Source of the DNA: an uncultured Candidatus Rokubacteria bacterium
GTDB taxonomy: Bacteria > Methylomirabilota > Methylomirabilia > Rokubacteriales > DASRDR01
Assembly (NCBI GenBank): GCA_963805625.1
Contig: CAWDVE010000017.1
Span: forward strand, 768,001 to 832,000
Direction of reading: 5' to 3'
DNA length: 64,000 nucleotides
Shown: positions 20,582-30,617 of the stretch, one piece after another
Position numbering within the stretch: position 1 is the stretch's first letter
Layout of the letters: each line of letters opens with the position of its first letter
Notes under the pieces: generated by a model
Told to the model about the DNA's origin: nothing
The model's input: only the letters and a program-made list of their open reading frames with translations
Databases searched by the model: none
Program-made: the position numbers and the translations under genes

Positions 20582-23343
20582 GGGCGCGCGGAGGTGCGAC
20601 CGTCGCCCTCGCGGCGACGCTCTGGCTGGCGGCCACGGCCGCACCGGTTGCTGCCCGGGCTCAGGACGCTGCGCGCGCGGTCGTCACAGCGGTCGACCTC
20701 ATCACTGCCGCTGGAGTCCCCGAGTCGCTGGTCCGGATCGCGATCGGCGAGATGGTCGGCCGCCCGCGCTCGCGGGAGGCCGTGCGAGAGAGCCTCGAGC
20801 GCCTGTGGGCGCTCGGGCTCTTCGCGGACATCCTCGTCGAGGAGATCGATGCCCCCGAGGGCCTCCGCCTGCGCTACCGCCTGACGCCGCGGCCCCTCGT
20901 GCGCCGGATCGCCTGGCAGGGCGACACGGGGCTCGACCTGGGCCAGCTCGTCGCGGCAGCATCCCTGGCGCTCGGCGAGGAGGCGTCTCCGGCACGGCTC
21001 GCGCGCGCCCATGAGGACCTCCTCGCGCTCTACCGTCGCGAGGGCTACCTCGACGCTCAGGTCGAGGTCGAGACCGTGCCCGTCCGCGGAGAGACGGGGC
21101 AGGACGTCACCGTCGTCCTTTCCGCCGGGCTACCGGTCCAGCTCGAGCAGGTCCGTTTCGAAGGGTCGCTCGGGCTGCCCGAGAAGACGGTGACCGAGGC
21201 GCTCGGCCTTCGCCCCGGCGACCGATACCGGGAGGCGGCGGTGCGCGAACGGGTGCGCGCGCTCGAGGAGCGGCTGCGGCGCGAGGGATTCTTCGAGGCT
21301 CGCGTCACGGCCCGCCCGCCCAGCCGGGTCGCCGGCAGGCCGCGGGTCGATCTGACCATCGACGTCGCTGCGGGCCGGCGATACGCGGTGACCTTCGCCG
21401 GAGGGCGCGCCCTGGCGGAGTCGGTGCTCCGGGACCGCCTGACCTTCCTCGACACCGACATGGTGGACGAGTTCGAGGTCGAGGCCAGCGCGCGGCAGCT
21501 CGAGGCCCTCTACCGTGAGCGGGGATACGCCTTCGCTCGCGTCACGGGCACCCTCGACGGCGCCGTCGACCCCCCGGCCATCGGCTTCGTGGTGACCGAG
21601 GGGCCGGAGGTGCGCATCGCGTCGGTGACGTTCGTCGGCAACGTCGCCCTCACGGCCGAGCAGTTGCAACCGGCAACCGCGACGCGCCCCTCGGGCGTCC
21701 TGGAGAAGGGACTGTTCCGCCAGGACGTCCTCGACCGGGACGTGGCGTCGCTCCAGGCCTTCGCCCGGGCCCAGGGGTTCGCCGACGCGGCCGTCGGCCC
21801 CGCCGAGGTCCGGTTCGAGGACGACCGGACACGCGCGCACATCGTGATCCCGGTTGCGGAGGGCCCCCGGGTGAGAGTCGCGCATGTCGACGTGGAAGGG
21901 CAGACTCTCTTCTCGGCCGCGGAGCTCCTCGCCGCGATTCCGATCGGGCCGGGGGATCCATGGAATCCCGCCCGGATCGAGGAGGGGCGGCGCGGGATCG
22001 AGCGGCTCTACGCCCGCCGGGGACATCACGGCGCGACGGCAGACGCCGACGTCACTCGCCGCGACCGCGAGGTCTCGGTGGTCTATCGCATTGCCGAAGG
22101 CCCCCAGACGCGAATCGCGCGGATCCTCCTGCGCGGGCTCGCGGTGACGAAGGAGGGAACGGTGCGCCGACAGCTCGGGTTCGAGCCCGGGGACGTCTTC
22201 GACCCGGAGCGGCTTGCCGCGGCCCGGCGACGCCTCGAACGCCCGCCGGCGTTCGCGACGGTCGACGTGGGCCCGCCGCGCCCTTCGCCCGCGCCGTTCG
22301 CCGATGTCGAGGTCCTTCTCGCCGAGCAGAAGCCCTGGCGGTTCGAGCTGGGCGTCGGCTACGACACCGCGGTTGGCCTCAATGGGTATCTCGAGCTGTC
22401 GCACGACAACCTCTTCGGGACCGCCCGGAGCGCCGGCATCCGCATCACAGAGGCCATCGGCGGCGAGGCGATCCAGCGCCTCGACCACGTCGACCTCATC
22501 TACCGAGAGCCCTGGATTCCCGGGACACCCTGGCAGGGTCAGATGCAGCTCTATGCCGAGCTCAGCGAGAACCTGGGCTATGACCTCCAGCGCGTCGGGC
22601 TCGTGGCCTGGATCGGCGACGACCTCCTGAATCCGCGCGGGACGCAGATCTTTCGATCCCAGCTCCGCTACCGCTTGGAGGGGGCGCAAGTCTCCAACGT
22701 GAGCCCGGATCTCCAGGCTCAGGGTATCGAGCCCAGTACCGATCGGATCGGGAGCCTGACGCCGGTTGTCGTGTGGGACTTCCGCGACGACCGCTTCAAC
22801 CCCCGCCGGGGCAGTTTCCACCAGCTGTCCCTGGAAACGGCGCTCCTCGCCCTCGGCGGGAACGTCGAGTTCACGAAGGCGGAGCTCTCGACGAGCTGGT
22901 TCTTCTCGTGGCTTCCGCCCACCGTGTTCGCGATCTCGGGACGGCTGGGGCTGGCCACCCCGTTCGGAGGGACACAGAGCCTGCCGATCCAGGACCGTTT
23001 CTTCACGGGCGGCAGCACGAGCGTACGCGGGTTTCCCGAGAACCAGTTGGGCCCGCGGGATGCGGCCGGGAACCCGCTCGGCGGAGAGGCGCTGGCGGTC
23101 CTGAGCCTGGAGTGGCGCTTTCCGCTCTGGCGCTGGCTCGGTGGAGCGGTGTTCGTCGATGCCGGCACGGTGACCCCGGAAGTCGGCGACCTGAGCTTCT
23201 CGGCATTCAAGTCGGGGGCCGGGGCGGGTCTGCGCGTCGCGACGCCGGTCGGGCCCATCCGGTTCGACGCGGCCTACGCGCTCCAGCCCATCCAGGGCGA
23301 GGATCGCCTCCAGCTCTATCTCACGGTGGGGTTCCCCTTCTGA
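20578..23343 (+). CDS. Omp85 (BamA/TamA) family protein with multiple POTRA domains
   Basis: Overlaps the upstream stop (ATGA); repeated LYRREGY / LYRERGYAFARV POTRA motifs; barrel motifs DRFFTGGSTSVRGF, TPVGPIRFDAAY and terminal F. Confidence 0.88.
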   Translation: MRARGGATVALAATLWLAATAAPVAARAQDAARAVVTAVDLITAAGVPESLVRIAIGEMVGRPRSREAVRESLERLWALGLFADILVEEIDAPEGLRLRYRLTPRPLVRRIAWQGDTGLDLGQLVAAASLALGEEASPARLARAHEDLLALYRREGYLDAQVEVETVPVRGETGQDVTVVLSAGLPVQLEQVRFEGSLGLPEKTVTEALGLRPGDRYREAAVRERVRALEERLRREGFFEARVTARPPSRVAGRPRVDLTIDVAAGRRYAVTFAGGRALAESVLRDRLTFLDTDMVDEFEVEASARQLEALYRERGYAFARVTGTLDGAVDPPAIGFVVTEGPEVRIASVTFVGNVALTAEQLQPATATRPSGVLEKGLFRQDVLDRDVASLQAFARAQGFADAAVGPAEVRFEDDRTRAHIVIPVAEGPRVRVAHVDVEGQTLFSAAELLAAIPIGPGDPWNPARIEEGRRGIERLYARRGHHGATADADVTRRDREVSVVYRIAEGPQTRIARILLRGLAVTKEGTVRRQLGFEPGDVFDPERLAAARRRLERPPAFATVDVGPPRPSPAPFADVEVLLAEQKPWRFELGVGYDTAVGLNGYLELSHDNLFGTARSAGIRITEAIGGEAIQRLDHVDLIYREPWIPGTPWQGQMQLYAELSENLGYDLQRVGLVAWIGDDLLNPRGTQIFRSQLRYRLEGAQVSNVSPDLQAQGIEPSTDRIGSLTPVVVWDFRDDRFNPRRGSFHQLSLETALLALGGNVEFTKAELSTSWFFSWLPPTVFAISGRLGLATPFGGTQSLPIQDRFFTGGSTSVRGFPENQLGPRDAAGNPLGGEALAVLSLEWRFPLWRWLGGAVFVDAGTVTPEVGDLSFSAFKSGAGAGLRVATPVGPIRFDAAYALQPIQGEDRLQLYLTVGFPF

Positions 23344-23344
23344 T

Positions 23345-24082
23345 ATGGCGACGGCGGATGGCTGCGGCGAACAGGTCCCCGCGACTCCTACGGGGGGCGC
23401 CAAGCGGACTCCGGAGGCTTCGCCGAAGCTCGTGAGAGCGGCGCTGCGCCTCCTCGCCGTCTTCGGCACGCTCGGTGTCGCCCTGATGAGCCACGCCGAC
23501 GTCCGCTTCTTGGATGAGGCCGTGGCCGAGATCGACGGCGCCCTCGTGGCGGCGAGCGACGTCGCGATCGCGCGGGCGCTCGGGCTCTTCGAGCTCCATC
23601 CGGCGCCGCGCGCCCTCGAGGCGACGGATGTCGAGCGCTACGTGGATGGACGGCTTCTCGTCCGGGAGGCGACGCGGCTCGGCCTCGAGACGACGGCCGA
23701 CGAGCGGACCCAGGCGTGGGCGGCCGCCGCCGACCGGGCGGGTGGCCAGGCTCTCCTCGAGGGGTGGCTCCGGCTGGCCGACGTCGATCCCGCCTGGGCG
23801 CGGCGGCTGGTCGATGAGGATCTCATGAGACGTCGCTTCGTCGAGCTCCGCTTCCGCGACCTCGCCTTCGTCTCCGAGGCCGAGGTGACGGCGGCGATGG
23901 GGCCGGGCGCGCACGGCGAGGCGGCGCGAGAGGCGGTCCGCGCGCGGCTCGAGGGCGACGCCGCCCGCCGGCGACTCGGCGAATGGCTCGTCGAGACGAG
24001 GGCACGCAGCGTCATCCGGCGCTTCGTCGACGAGGGCGCGCGAGTGCCGGACCCCCTGGCCGGGGCCGGGGAGCACCGGTGA
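23345..24082 (+). CDS. SurA N-terminal-domain-like periplasmic chaperone without a PPIase domain
   Basis: LDEAVAEIDGALVAASDV...VDGRLLVREATRLG...VSEAEV...WLVETRARSVIR mirrors the SurA core; directly follows the Omp85 gene. Confidence 0.55.
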   Translation: MATADGCGEQVPATPTGGAKRTPEASPKLVRAALRLLAVFGTLGVALMSHADVRFLDEAVAEIDGALVAASDVAIARALGLFELHPAPRALEATDVERYVDGRLLVREATRLGLETTADERTQAWAAAADRAGGQALLEGWLRLADVDPAWARRLVDEDLMRRRFVELRFRDLAFVSEAEVTAAMGPGAHGEAAREAVRARLEGDAARRRLGEWLVETRARSVIRRFVDEGARVPDPLAGAGEHR

Positions 24083-24215
24083 CCCGACGCCTCGAAGCCG
24101 CCACGACGTCGAGCCGCCACGCGTCCGACCCGCGCGACCCGTGGGCGAGCTGATGATCGGCACAAATCAACGCGCCTCCTGAAGCACTCTCGATTACAGT
24201 GACCCCGGAGGCCCC

Positions 24216-25427
24216 ATGGCATCGCCCACGTCCCCGTTCGACGAAGCGCGGCGCTCGGGTCCGCCAGACTTCTCGCTGGTCCTGGGCGGCCCTCTCTACC
24301 AGCTTCTGCGTCGGGCGCACATGACCGGCGATGCGCTGGAGCTGATGCGCCGGCGTGTGGTCGTCATCTCACTGTTCGCCTGGGTGCCCCTGCTGGTGCT
24401 CTCGGCTCTCGATGGGCGGGCGTGGGGCGGGGGCGTGGCCGTGCCCTTCCTGCGGGACTGGGACACGCACGCGCGCTTTCTGGTGGCGCTGCCGCTGCTC
24501 GTCGTGGCGGAGCTGGTGGTTCACCAGCGGATGCGCCTCGTGGTGAAGCAATTTCTGGAGCGCAACTTGATTCCCCCGAGCGCCTTGGGCCGGTTCGAGG
24601 GCGCCATCGCCTCGGCGTTTCGCCTGCGCAACTCGGTGCTGGCCGAAGTGCTGCTGATCGCCTTCGTGTGCCTCGTCGGTGTCTCGGTCTTCTGGCGCCA
24701 GTACGTCGTGCTCACCACGGCCACGTGGTATGCGACCCCGACGGCCGCCGGCATGACGCTCTCGCGCACCGGGGTGTGGTATGCGTACGTGAGTCTGGCG
24801 CTCTTTCAGTTCCTGCTCATGCGCTGGTACTTCCGGATCCTCATCTGGGCGCGCTTTCTCTGGCACGTGTCACGCATCGAGCTGAGCCTGATTCCCACGC
24901 ATCCGGACCGCGTGGGCGGTCTGGGATTCCTTGCCAACACCGTCTACGCCTTCGTCCCGCTGGCGTTGGCCCACGGCGCGTTGCTGGCTGGGCTGATTGC
25001 CAACCGCATCTTCTACCTCGGCGCTCGACTGCTGGACTTCAAGATCGAAGTGGCGGTCGTCCTGGCGTTCATGCTGTGCCTGGTATTCGGCCCACTCGTG
25101 GTGTTCGCGATGCAGCTCGCTCAGGCGAAGCGAACGGGAAGCCGCGAGTATGGCACGCTCGCGGAGCGGTATGTCCGCGAGTTCGATGCCAAGTGGCTGC
25201 GCGGCGGAGCCCCCGCCGACGAGCGCCTGGTGGGGAGCGGCGACATCCAGTCCCTCGCCGATCTGGGGAACAGCGTCGAGGTCGTGCGGACGATGCGCGT
25301 GGTGCCGGTGACGAAGGAGGCGGTCCTCTATCTCGCCGCCGCGACGCTCGCGCCGGTCGTGCCGCTCGCGCTCACGATGATGTCGCTGGAAGACTTGGTG
25401 AAGACGCTGCTTGGTACGCTGTTCTAG
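24216..25427 (+). CDS. Multi-pass membrane hypothetical protein
   Basis: GGAGG RBS, several hydrophobic helices, FSLVLGGPLYQL, PTHPDRVGGLGFL, DIQSLADLGNS. Confidence 0.75.
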   Translation: MASPTSPFDEARRSGPPDFSLVLGGPLYQLLRRAHMTGDALELMRRRVVVISLFAWVPLLVLSALDGRAWGGGVAVPFLRDWDTHARFLVALPLLVVAELVVHQRMRLVVKQFLERNLIPPSALGRFEGAIASAFRLRNSVLAEVLLIAFVCLVGVSVFWRQYVVLTTATWYATPTAAGMTLSRTGVWYAYVSLALFQFLLMRWYFRILIWARFLWHVSRIELSLIPTHPDRVGGLGFLANTVYAFVPLALAHGALLAGLIANRIFYLGARLLDFKIEVAVVLAFMLCLVFGPLVVFAMQLAQAKRTGSREYGTLAERYVREFDAKWLRGGAPADERLVGSGDIQSLADLGNSVEVVRTMRVVPVTKEAVLYLAAATLAPVVPLALTMMSLEDLVKTLLGTLF

Positions 25428-25808
25428 TCGTACCCCACTCACGACTCGTGGCCGTGGTTGGATGGGCTCTGGCGTCGGAGAGCACGTCCGGATCGCGTCG
25501 CGTGGCGGGCACTTACACGACGTCCCCGTCGTCTAGACCAGCGGGGTGTACCAGGCCCGCCGCGCCGGCGGCCTGAAAGCGTCGCTTGAGCCGCTGTACC
25601 TCGCGAATGCCCGGAACAACCCCGACCGCACCGTCATTCTCATGCGGCGACGGCACTACTGTAGCGCCCTTGACAGGCGGAAGCTGTTTCTTTATGGTCT
25701 TTCTCGCTCGCGCGGCGAACGACCAAATTCCACCGGTGAGCGACGCCGGTCGCGATTCCCTCTGGTGGCACTGACTTCGGCACCAGGAGAATCAGGGGAA
25801 GGGAGACC

Positions 25809-26783
25809 ATGATGGCCGAGGAGCGCAAGCCCATCGCCGAGACGGTGACCCGGGAGATCGTCGGGGGTATAAGGGGGGTCGGAGACATCGCGAACGCGGT
25901 CGTCGACACCGTGAGCGGGAGCCTCGTCAGGCTGATCAAGGGGACGGGGGCGGTCGGCACGACGCTGACGTCGACCCTCGCGGACGTGGTGCGCGGCGCG
26001 ATTCAGGGGACCTCGCAGGTCGGTGGCGACGTCGGCACGGCGGCCAAGGGCGCCGCCGTGGGCGTCTTGCGGGGCACGAAGGAGGTCGGGGTCCAGACGC
26101 TGGACACGGTGAGCACGACCGCCCGCGAGGTGGTCAAGAGCGTATCGGCCGTGGGCGGCGATGTCGGCGTGGCCATCCGGGGGGCGGTGGACGGTATCAT
26201 CGAGAGCACCGCGCAGACGGGAGGCGACGTGGGCGCGGTGGCCAAGGCGACGGTCGTCGGTGTGCTACGCGGAACCAGGGAGGTCGGAGGTGAAACGATT
26301 TCCGCGGTCAGCTCCACCGCCAGTCAGATCGTGAAGAGCGTCGCGGCCGTGGGCGGCGATGTCGGCGTGGCCGTCCGGGGGGCGGTGGACGGTATCATCG
26401 AGACCACCGCGCAGACGGGAGGCGACGTGGGCGCGGTGGCCAAGGGGACAATCGTCGGTGTGCTGCGCGGAACCAAGGAGGTCGGAGGTGAAACGGTTGC
26501 CGCAGCCAGCTCCACCGCCAGTCAGATCGTGAAGAGCGTCGCGGCCGTGGGGGGGGACGTTGGCAGCGCGGCCAAAAACGCGGTCGAGGGTGCCATCCAG
26601 GGGGCCAAGGAGGTCGGGGTGAGCACTGAGGAAGCGGCGTCCGCGGCGGCCACGGGGGCCCTCAAGGCGGCTGGCGAGATCAGCCATGCCGCGGTCGACC
26701 AGGTCACTCGGGCGGCGACCGGGGTCATCTCCGGGGTCAAGGTCGTCGTGAAGGAGCCCTTCCAGAAGGGCGGGAGGTCGTAG
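25809..26783 (+). CDS. 22-aa tandem-repeat amphipathic-helix protein
   Basis: GGGAG RBS; ten consecutive 22-aa units beginning GGDVG, GGET or GV. Confidence 0.8.
   Translation: MMAEERKPIAETVTREIVGGIRGVGDIANAVVDTVSGSLVRLIKGTGAVGTTLTSTLADVVRGAIQGTSQVGGDVGTAAKGAAVGVLRGTKEVGVQTLDTVSTTAREVVKSVSAVGGDVGVAIRGAVDGIIESTAQTGGDVGAVAKATVVGVLRGTREVGGETISAVSSTASQIVKSVAAVGGDVGVAVRGAVDGIIETTAQTGGDVGAVAKGTIVGVLRGTKEVGGETVAAASSTASQIVKSVAAVGGDVGSAAKNAVEGAIQGAKEVGVSTEEAASAAATGALKAAGEISHAAVDQVTRAATGVISGVKVVVKEPFQKGGRS
26137..26552 (+). repeat. 198-bp intragenic tandem duplication (3 x 22 codons)
   Basis: GTGGGCGGCGATGTCGGCGTGGCC occurs at 26151 and 26349, and the sequence after each copy is nearly identical. Confidence 0.85.
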
Positions 26784-27392
26784 CCCTCCCCGCGAAACAT
26801 CCCGGCAGAGCATCCGGGCCGCTCGCGCGATCGGGAGACGTGGGCGGCCCGGATCTTTTCGCGGCGCCGGGATGCCCTCAGGCTGGGACACGTCTCGGGC
26901 CGGCGTCGTCCTGCTGGCGGTTACGCGAATCCAGGCGTGGGCCGGGCTCACCCCGATGAACCGTTGGGACGAGCCGTCCCGGGGGCGCCTCGCTCATGGA
27001 CTCGGGCTTCCGGCCGCTGGTGGCAAGCACCGTCATCCTCGCGCACGCCACTCGCACGGTCGCCGAGTTCCGGCGGCGCTTCTGGGTTTCATTGGGTCGG
27101 TGCCGGTCAAGTGATTCGGGCCGTGGCTCCTGAGGGGAGCCACAGCCGCTTCAGGCGCGCGCGATGGTGAACCTCCGACTGGGATCTAGCTGGTGGACGT
27201 GCGGATCAAGCGCCTCAACTACGTGGAGAGCGTCCGGGAGAAGGTCTACGCCCGGATTTCGCTGGGAGTGACACGATTCGTCGGCGCCCGTGGCCCGGCG
27301 GCGGAGCTCTTCCGCGCCCACAGCGGGACTGAGCTCGAGGGTCCCCATCCCTTCGGCGGCGTTGCCAGTGATGCACCGAGCCGCGCGGGCGA

Positions 27393-27791
27393 TCAGCGCG
27401 CCGTCGTCGCCGATCTTTCGCGTTCGCGGCGCGCATAGTAGCGATACGCTCCCACGACAAAAGAGTTCGTCACTACGGCAATCGCATTCCAGACGACCAC
27501 GGGTCTCGACACGATGAGCAGGCCGTACCAGATCCACAGAATCTGGAAGGCGCCCATGATCGCGGCCATCTTCGGGTTCATGCCCGCGCTCGACCGCCGC
27601 CTCAGCATCGAGATCAGGTCCGGCAGTGCGGCAAAGGTCGTTCCAAATCCCGCGATCAAGCCGAGGATCTCTGACCGCGTGAACGTGGGGGCGAGCAGGC
27701 TCTGCGTGTCGGTGACCAGCAGTCCTTCGCAGCCAGACAGCATGATCGTGCACACGAGAGGAAGCAGTACTCGCCGGGTGGAGCTGATCAT
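27393..27791 (-). CDS. SemiSWEET/PQ-loop family transporter with lipoprotein-like N-terminal extension
   Basis: AGGAGG RBS; MISSTRRVLLPLVCTIMLSGC, then ILGLIAGFGTTFAALPDL...RSSAGMN...LWIWYGLLIVSRPVVVWN. Confidence 0.7.
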   Translation of the reverse strand: MISSTRRVLLPLVCTIMLSGCEGLLVTDTQSLLAPTFTRSEILGLIAGFGTTFAALPDLISMLRRRSSAGMNPKMAAIMGAFQILWIWYGLLIVSRPVVVWNAIAVVTNSFVVGAYRYYARRERERSATTAR

Positions 27792-27994
27792 GGTGACCTC
27801 CTGCTTGAGGAACAATCTGGGATGTCGTCTTGCGCGGGCGGATGGGCGAGCCGGGCGGTGCCACGGTCGCCGTCCTGCGGTGTCCGGCGCTCTGCCATTG
27901 GTGATGGCGGCTGGGTCTCCCGCGCGACTGGTTGCGGGGACCTGCAACAGCATGGTAAGGGCAGCATGGTAGTTGTGGTGGCCCAGGAGCACAA

Positions 27995-28016
27995 GCCGGA
28001 CCGGAACCGGTCCGGC
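27995..28016. terminator. Perfect 10-bp hairpin just downstream of the TRIC gene
   Basis: GCCGGACCGG-AA-CCGGTCCGGC, 10 bp past the stop codon; only a weak U-tract. Confidence 0.35.
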
Positions 28017-28025
28017 ACCGGTTGT

Positions 28026-28688
28026 CTACGAATGATGCGTATCCACCCCCACGGGCCTTACCGCCCGGGTCCGAAAATCGTAGCGGTACGCGATAAGTCT
28101 CGCGGTGAAGGCAACGAGAACGACGAGGGTCCCGGCGACGGCAGGGGGCACGCGCAAGAGACGGCTCAGGAGACAGAAGAGCACACTGCCCCCGAACGCA
28201 ATCCCCGCGTACCACTGCCCCGGCTTCAGCAGGCTCGCCTCCTCCCGGGTGAGAATATCGCGGATTAGCCCGCCGCCGATCGCGTTGAGCGTGCCGATGA
28301 GGATAGCGGCGGAGATCCCCAGCCCGTCATTCATTGATGTCTGCGTGCCGATCACCGAATACATCGCAAGTCCGAGCGCATCGGCCACGACAAAAATCCA
28401 ACGCATTCGCGAAACGAGCGGGAAAAGGTAGATGCTCAGGAGCACGGCGGCGAGAACCGCCCAGAGGTATGTCCCCTGCTCGAGGAAGACGGGGCGAACG
28501 TTCAAGAGGATATCGCGTATGAGCCCGCCGCCGCATCCGGTGACGAGAGCGATCGACATGGCGCCGATCCAATCGTAGCCGCGCCTCGCGGCGCTCAGCG
28601 CACCCGTAATGGCAAAAAGGACGATGGCGATGAACTCAAGGATCGGCGGTATGTGAAATTCAGCGGCGTATCTGAAGGCGGGATCCAT
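28026..28688 (-). CDS. Trimeric intracellular cation channel (TRIC / UPF0126, YadS-like) protein
   Basis: FAITGALSA, twin GGGLIRDIL motifs, ADALGLAMY. Confidence 0.85.
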   Translation of the reverse strand: MDPAFRYAAEFHIPPILEFIAIVLFAITGALSAARRGYDWIGAMSIALVTGCGGGLIRDILLNVRPVFLEQGTYLWAVLAAVLLSIYLFPLVSRMRWIFVVADALGLAMYSVIGTQTSMNDGLGISAAILIGTLNAIGGGLIRDILTREEASLLKPGQWYAGIAFGGSVLFCLLSRLLRVPPAVAGTLVVLVAFTARLIAYRYDFRTRAVRPVGVDTHHS

Positions 28689-28859
28689 GCTCCTATCCTA
28701 CCCGAGGCGTCGTCCGTTGCTACAGGAGCGCTCCCATAAGGATCTCGATTACCTTCGTGCGCCGGCCCTAGTACGAGCTAAGCTCCCCGCATGCGAGGGC
28801 ACCTGCGGCCGCACTGTTTCTCTTGATCGTCTCGCAAGCGCCATGGCGCTCGCGGAGAG

Positions 28860-28980
28860 CCCTGCTTCGGGAGAGGAAACTGAGGGAGGCCCGGGTCAGG
28901 GTCGAGTTCCACCGCTTCGCGGCGAACCACGCCTTCGCGAACGAGACGCGGGTCGGCGGGAACGTCCTGCCGTTCGGGGA
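28860..28980 (+). pseudogene. C-terminal remnant of a dienelactone-hydrolase-like gene
   Basis: KLREARVRVEFHRFAANHAFANET resembles the HAF catalytic-His segment; no upstream domain is present. Confidence 0.4.
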
Positions 28981-29375
28981 GTGCAGTGCCACCGCGGTGG
29001 AGACCCGCGTGGCGGCGCACGTCGCGCCAGCGCGTCACACGGCGTGATGGCCGCGAAGGAGAGCACCGCGGTTCAAACAACGTTCAGGGGAACAAGATGC
29101 CCGAGCTGGGCCCGTTCGGGGCCTCCTGCCGCAGACCCAACGAGGTTGTCCATGTCACCACGTGGACCTGGTCAGCTACTCACCGCGCTCCGCTATCCGG
29201 GCGGTTCGGCCGTTCCGGCCCGGGCTCGTCGCCCCGCCCAGTGGGCTGGGGCCCCTGGCTAAACACTCGCCCTCCGGCGTCGTCCGCGCTATCTTCAGGC
29301 CGCGGGGGGACACGAAGCGGTGCCGAACGAGCCTACGCGGCATAACGTCGGGACGGACGTCCGAAAGGAAAACGC

Positions 29376-30389
29376 ATGAAGCCTCAGCCGACCGCACGCG
29401 AGCGGCTGCGCTATTCGCCGAGAGTTCCGAGTGTGGGTGGCGCAATCCTGGCGCTCATGCTGAGCACGGGCCAAGCGTGGGCCCAGACGCTGCCCCCGGG
29501 CGCCCTCGAGCAGCTCGACCACCTGGTCGGGAGCCGGGTCGAGACCTTCGCGGTGCTCGACACGCAAAGCGGGGCCAGCGGCGGCACGTACGCGTCCAAG
29601 GTCAACGACACCAACCTCTCGATCACGCGGGTCACGGGACGCGGGGACGTGGCCGCCAAGCGGCCGCTCGGGAACACCGGAATCCTGTGGAGTCCCCTCC
29701 TGGAAGGAGGCATCGGATACGGGACGTTCGAGAACCACTTCGACGGCGGCGCGCTGGACGGGAACCAGAGCACCGTCACCAGCCTCTCCGCGTTTCTCGG
29801 TGGCGGCGTCCGCTTCACGGTCTGGGAGGATTGGAGCCTGACGCCGACCTTCGGCGTCATCTACGCACACACGGAGAATGACTTCGAGGCCCGCAACGAG
29901 GTCGGGCAGGCGGTGCTGCGACGCGCCGGGAGCCAGGCCAACGACCTGATCAACTGGAGCGCCGACACGTTCACCCTCGTGCCGGGGATCGAGGGGCGCT
30001 ATCGCCACCTGTTCGGCCCGGTGCAGCTGACGGTGACGTCGCGGTTCAAGTACTTCCACACGCAGCCGATCGAGCGATCCACGACGGCGCTGAGCTTCGA
30101 GAGCACCTCCGAGTGGTGGCTGAACGAGGTGGACCTGGAGTGGCGGATGCCGCTCTACCTGTGGGGTCGGCAGCTCCGGACGGGCGCGTACGTCAGCCGC
30201 TCCGAGCTCTTCGGGGGGGTCGAGGAGACACTCAAGACCAACTACCTGTACCAGGCCGGGGGCCGCTTCGTGATGGACATCCAGGGACTCCTGTGGCACG
30301 TGGAGTACGTGGGCGTGGGGGCCGGGTACTTCTGGTCGGACAAGTTCTCGGGCTGGTCGGTCGGGGTCGAGATCAGCTTCGCGTTCTGA
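29376..30389 (+). CDS. Solitary autotransporter-like outer membrane beta-barrel
   Basis: Signal peptide (AWA-Q), amphipathic beta strands, terminal GWSVGVEISFAF, no passenger domain. Confidence 0.65.
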   Translation: MKPQPTARERLRYSPRVPSVGGAILALMLSTGQAWAQTLPPGALEQLDHLVGSRVETFAVLDTQSGASGGTYASKVNDTNLSITRVTGRGDVAAKRPLGNTGILWSPLLEGGIGYGTFENHFDGGALDGNQSTVTSLSAFLGGGVRFTVWEDWSLTPTFGVIYAHTENDFEARNEVGQAVLRRAGSQANDLINWSADTFTLVPGIEGRYRHLFGPVQLTVTSRFKYFHTQPIERSTTALSFESTSEWWLNEVDLEWRMPLYLWGRQLRTGAYVSRSELFGGVEETLKTNYLYQAGGRFVMDIQGLLWHVEYVGVGAGYFWSDKFSGWSVGVEISFAF

Positions 30390-30617
30390 AGGCGGCGACG
30401 CCCGCCGATTCGTTCATGGCCGGCCATTTCGGGCCCCGGCGGCGGATTCGGCAGCTCGGCGTGGTGCGGACTGCACCCGGACTGAACGGAGGCAAGCGTG
30501 GCCAAGGTGTCTAGGCAGAGCGGAACTGCATGCGCTGTTCCGTAACAGCCATGGGCGGCCGAGAGGCACCGGGCGCGCTCGACGTTCACGCCGAGCCATG
30601 CACTCAGTCGTAGTGGC

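Noticed and set aside
24158-24173. CGGCACAAATCAACGC (and TGGCACTGAC near 25765) as sigma-54 promoters
   Set aside because: The GG-to-GC spacing is not the required 10 bp.
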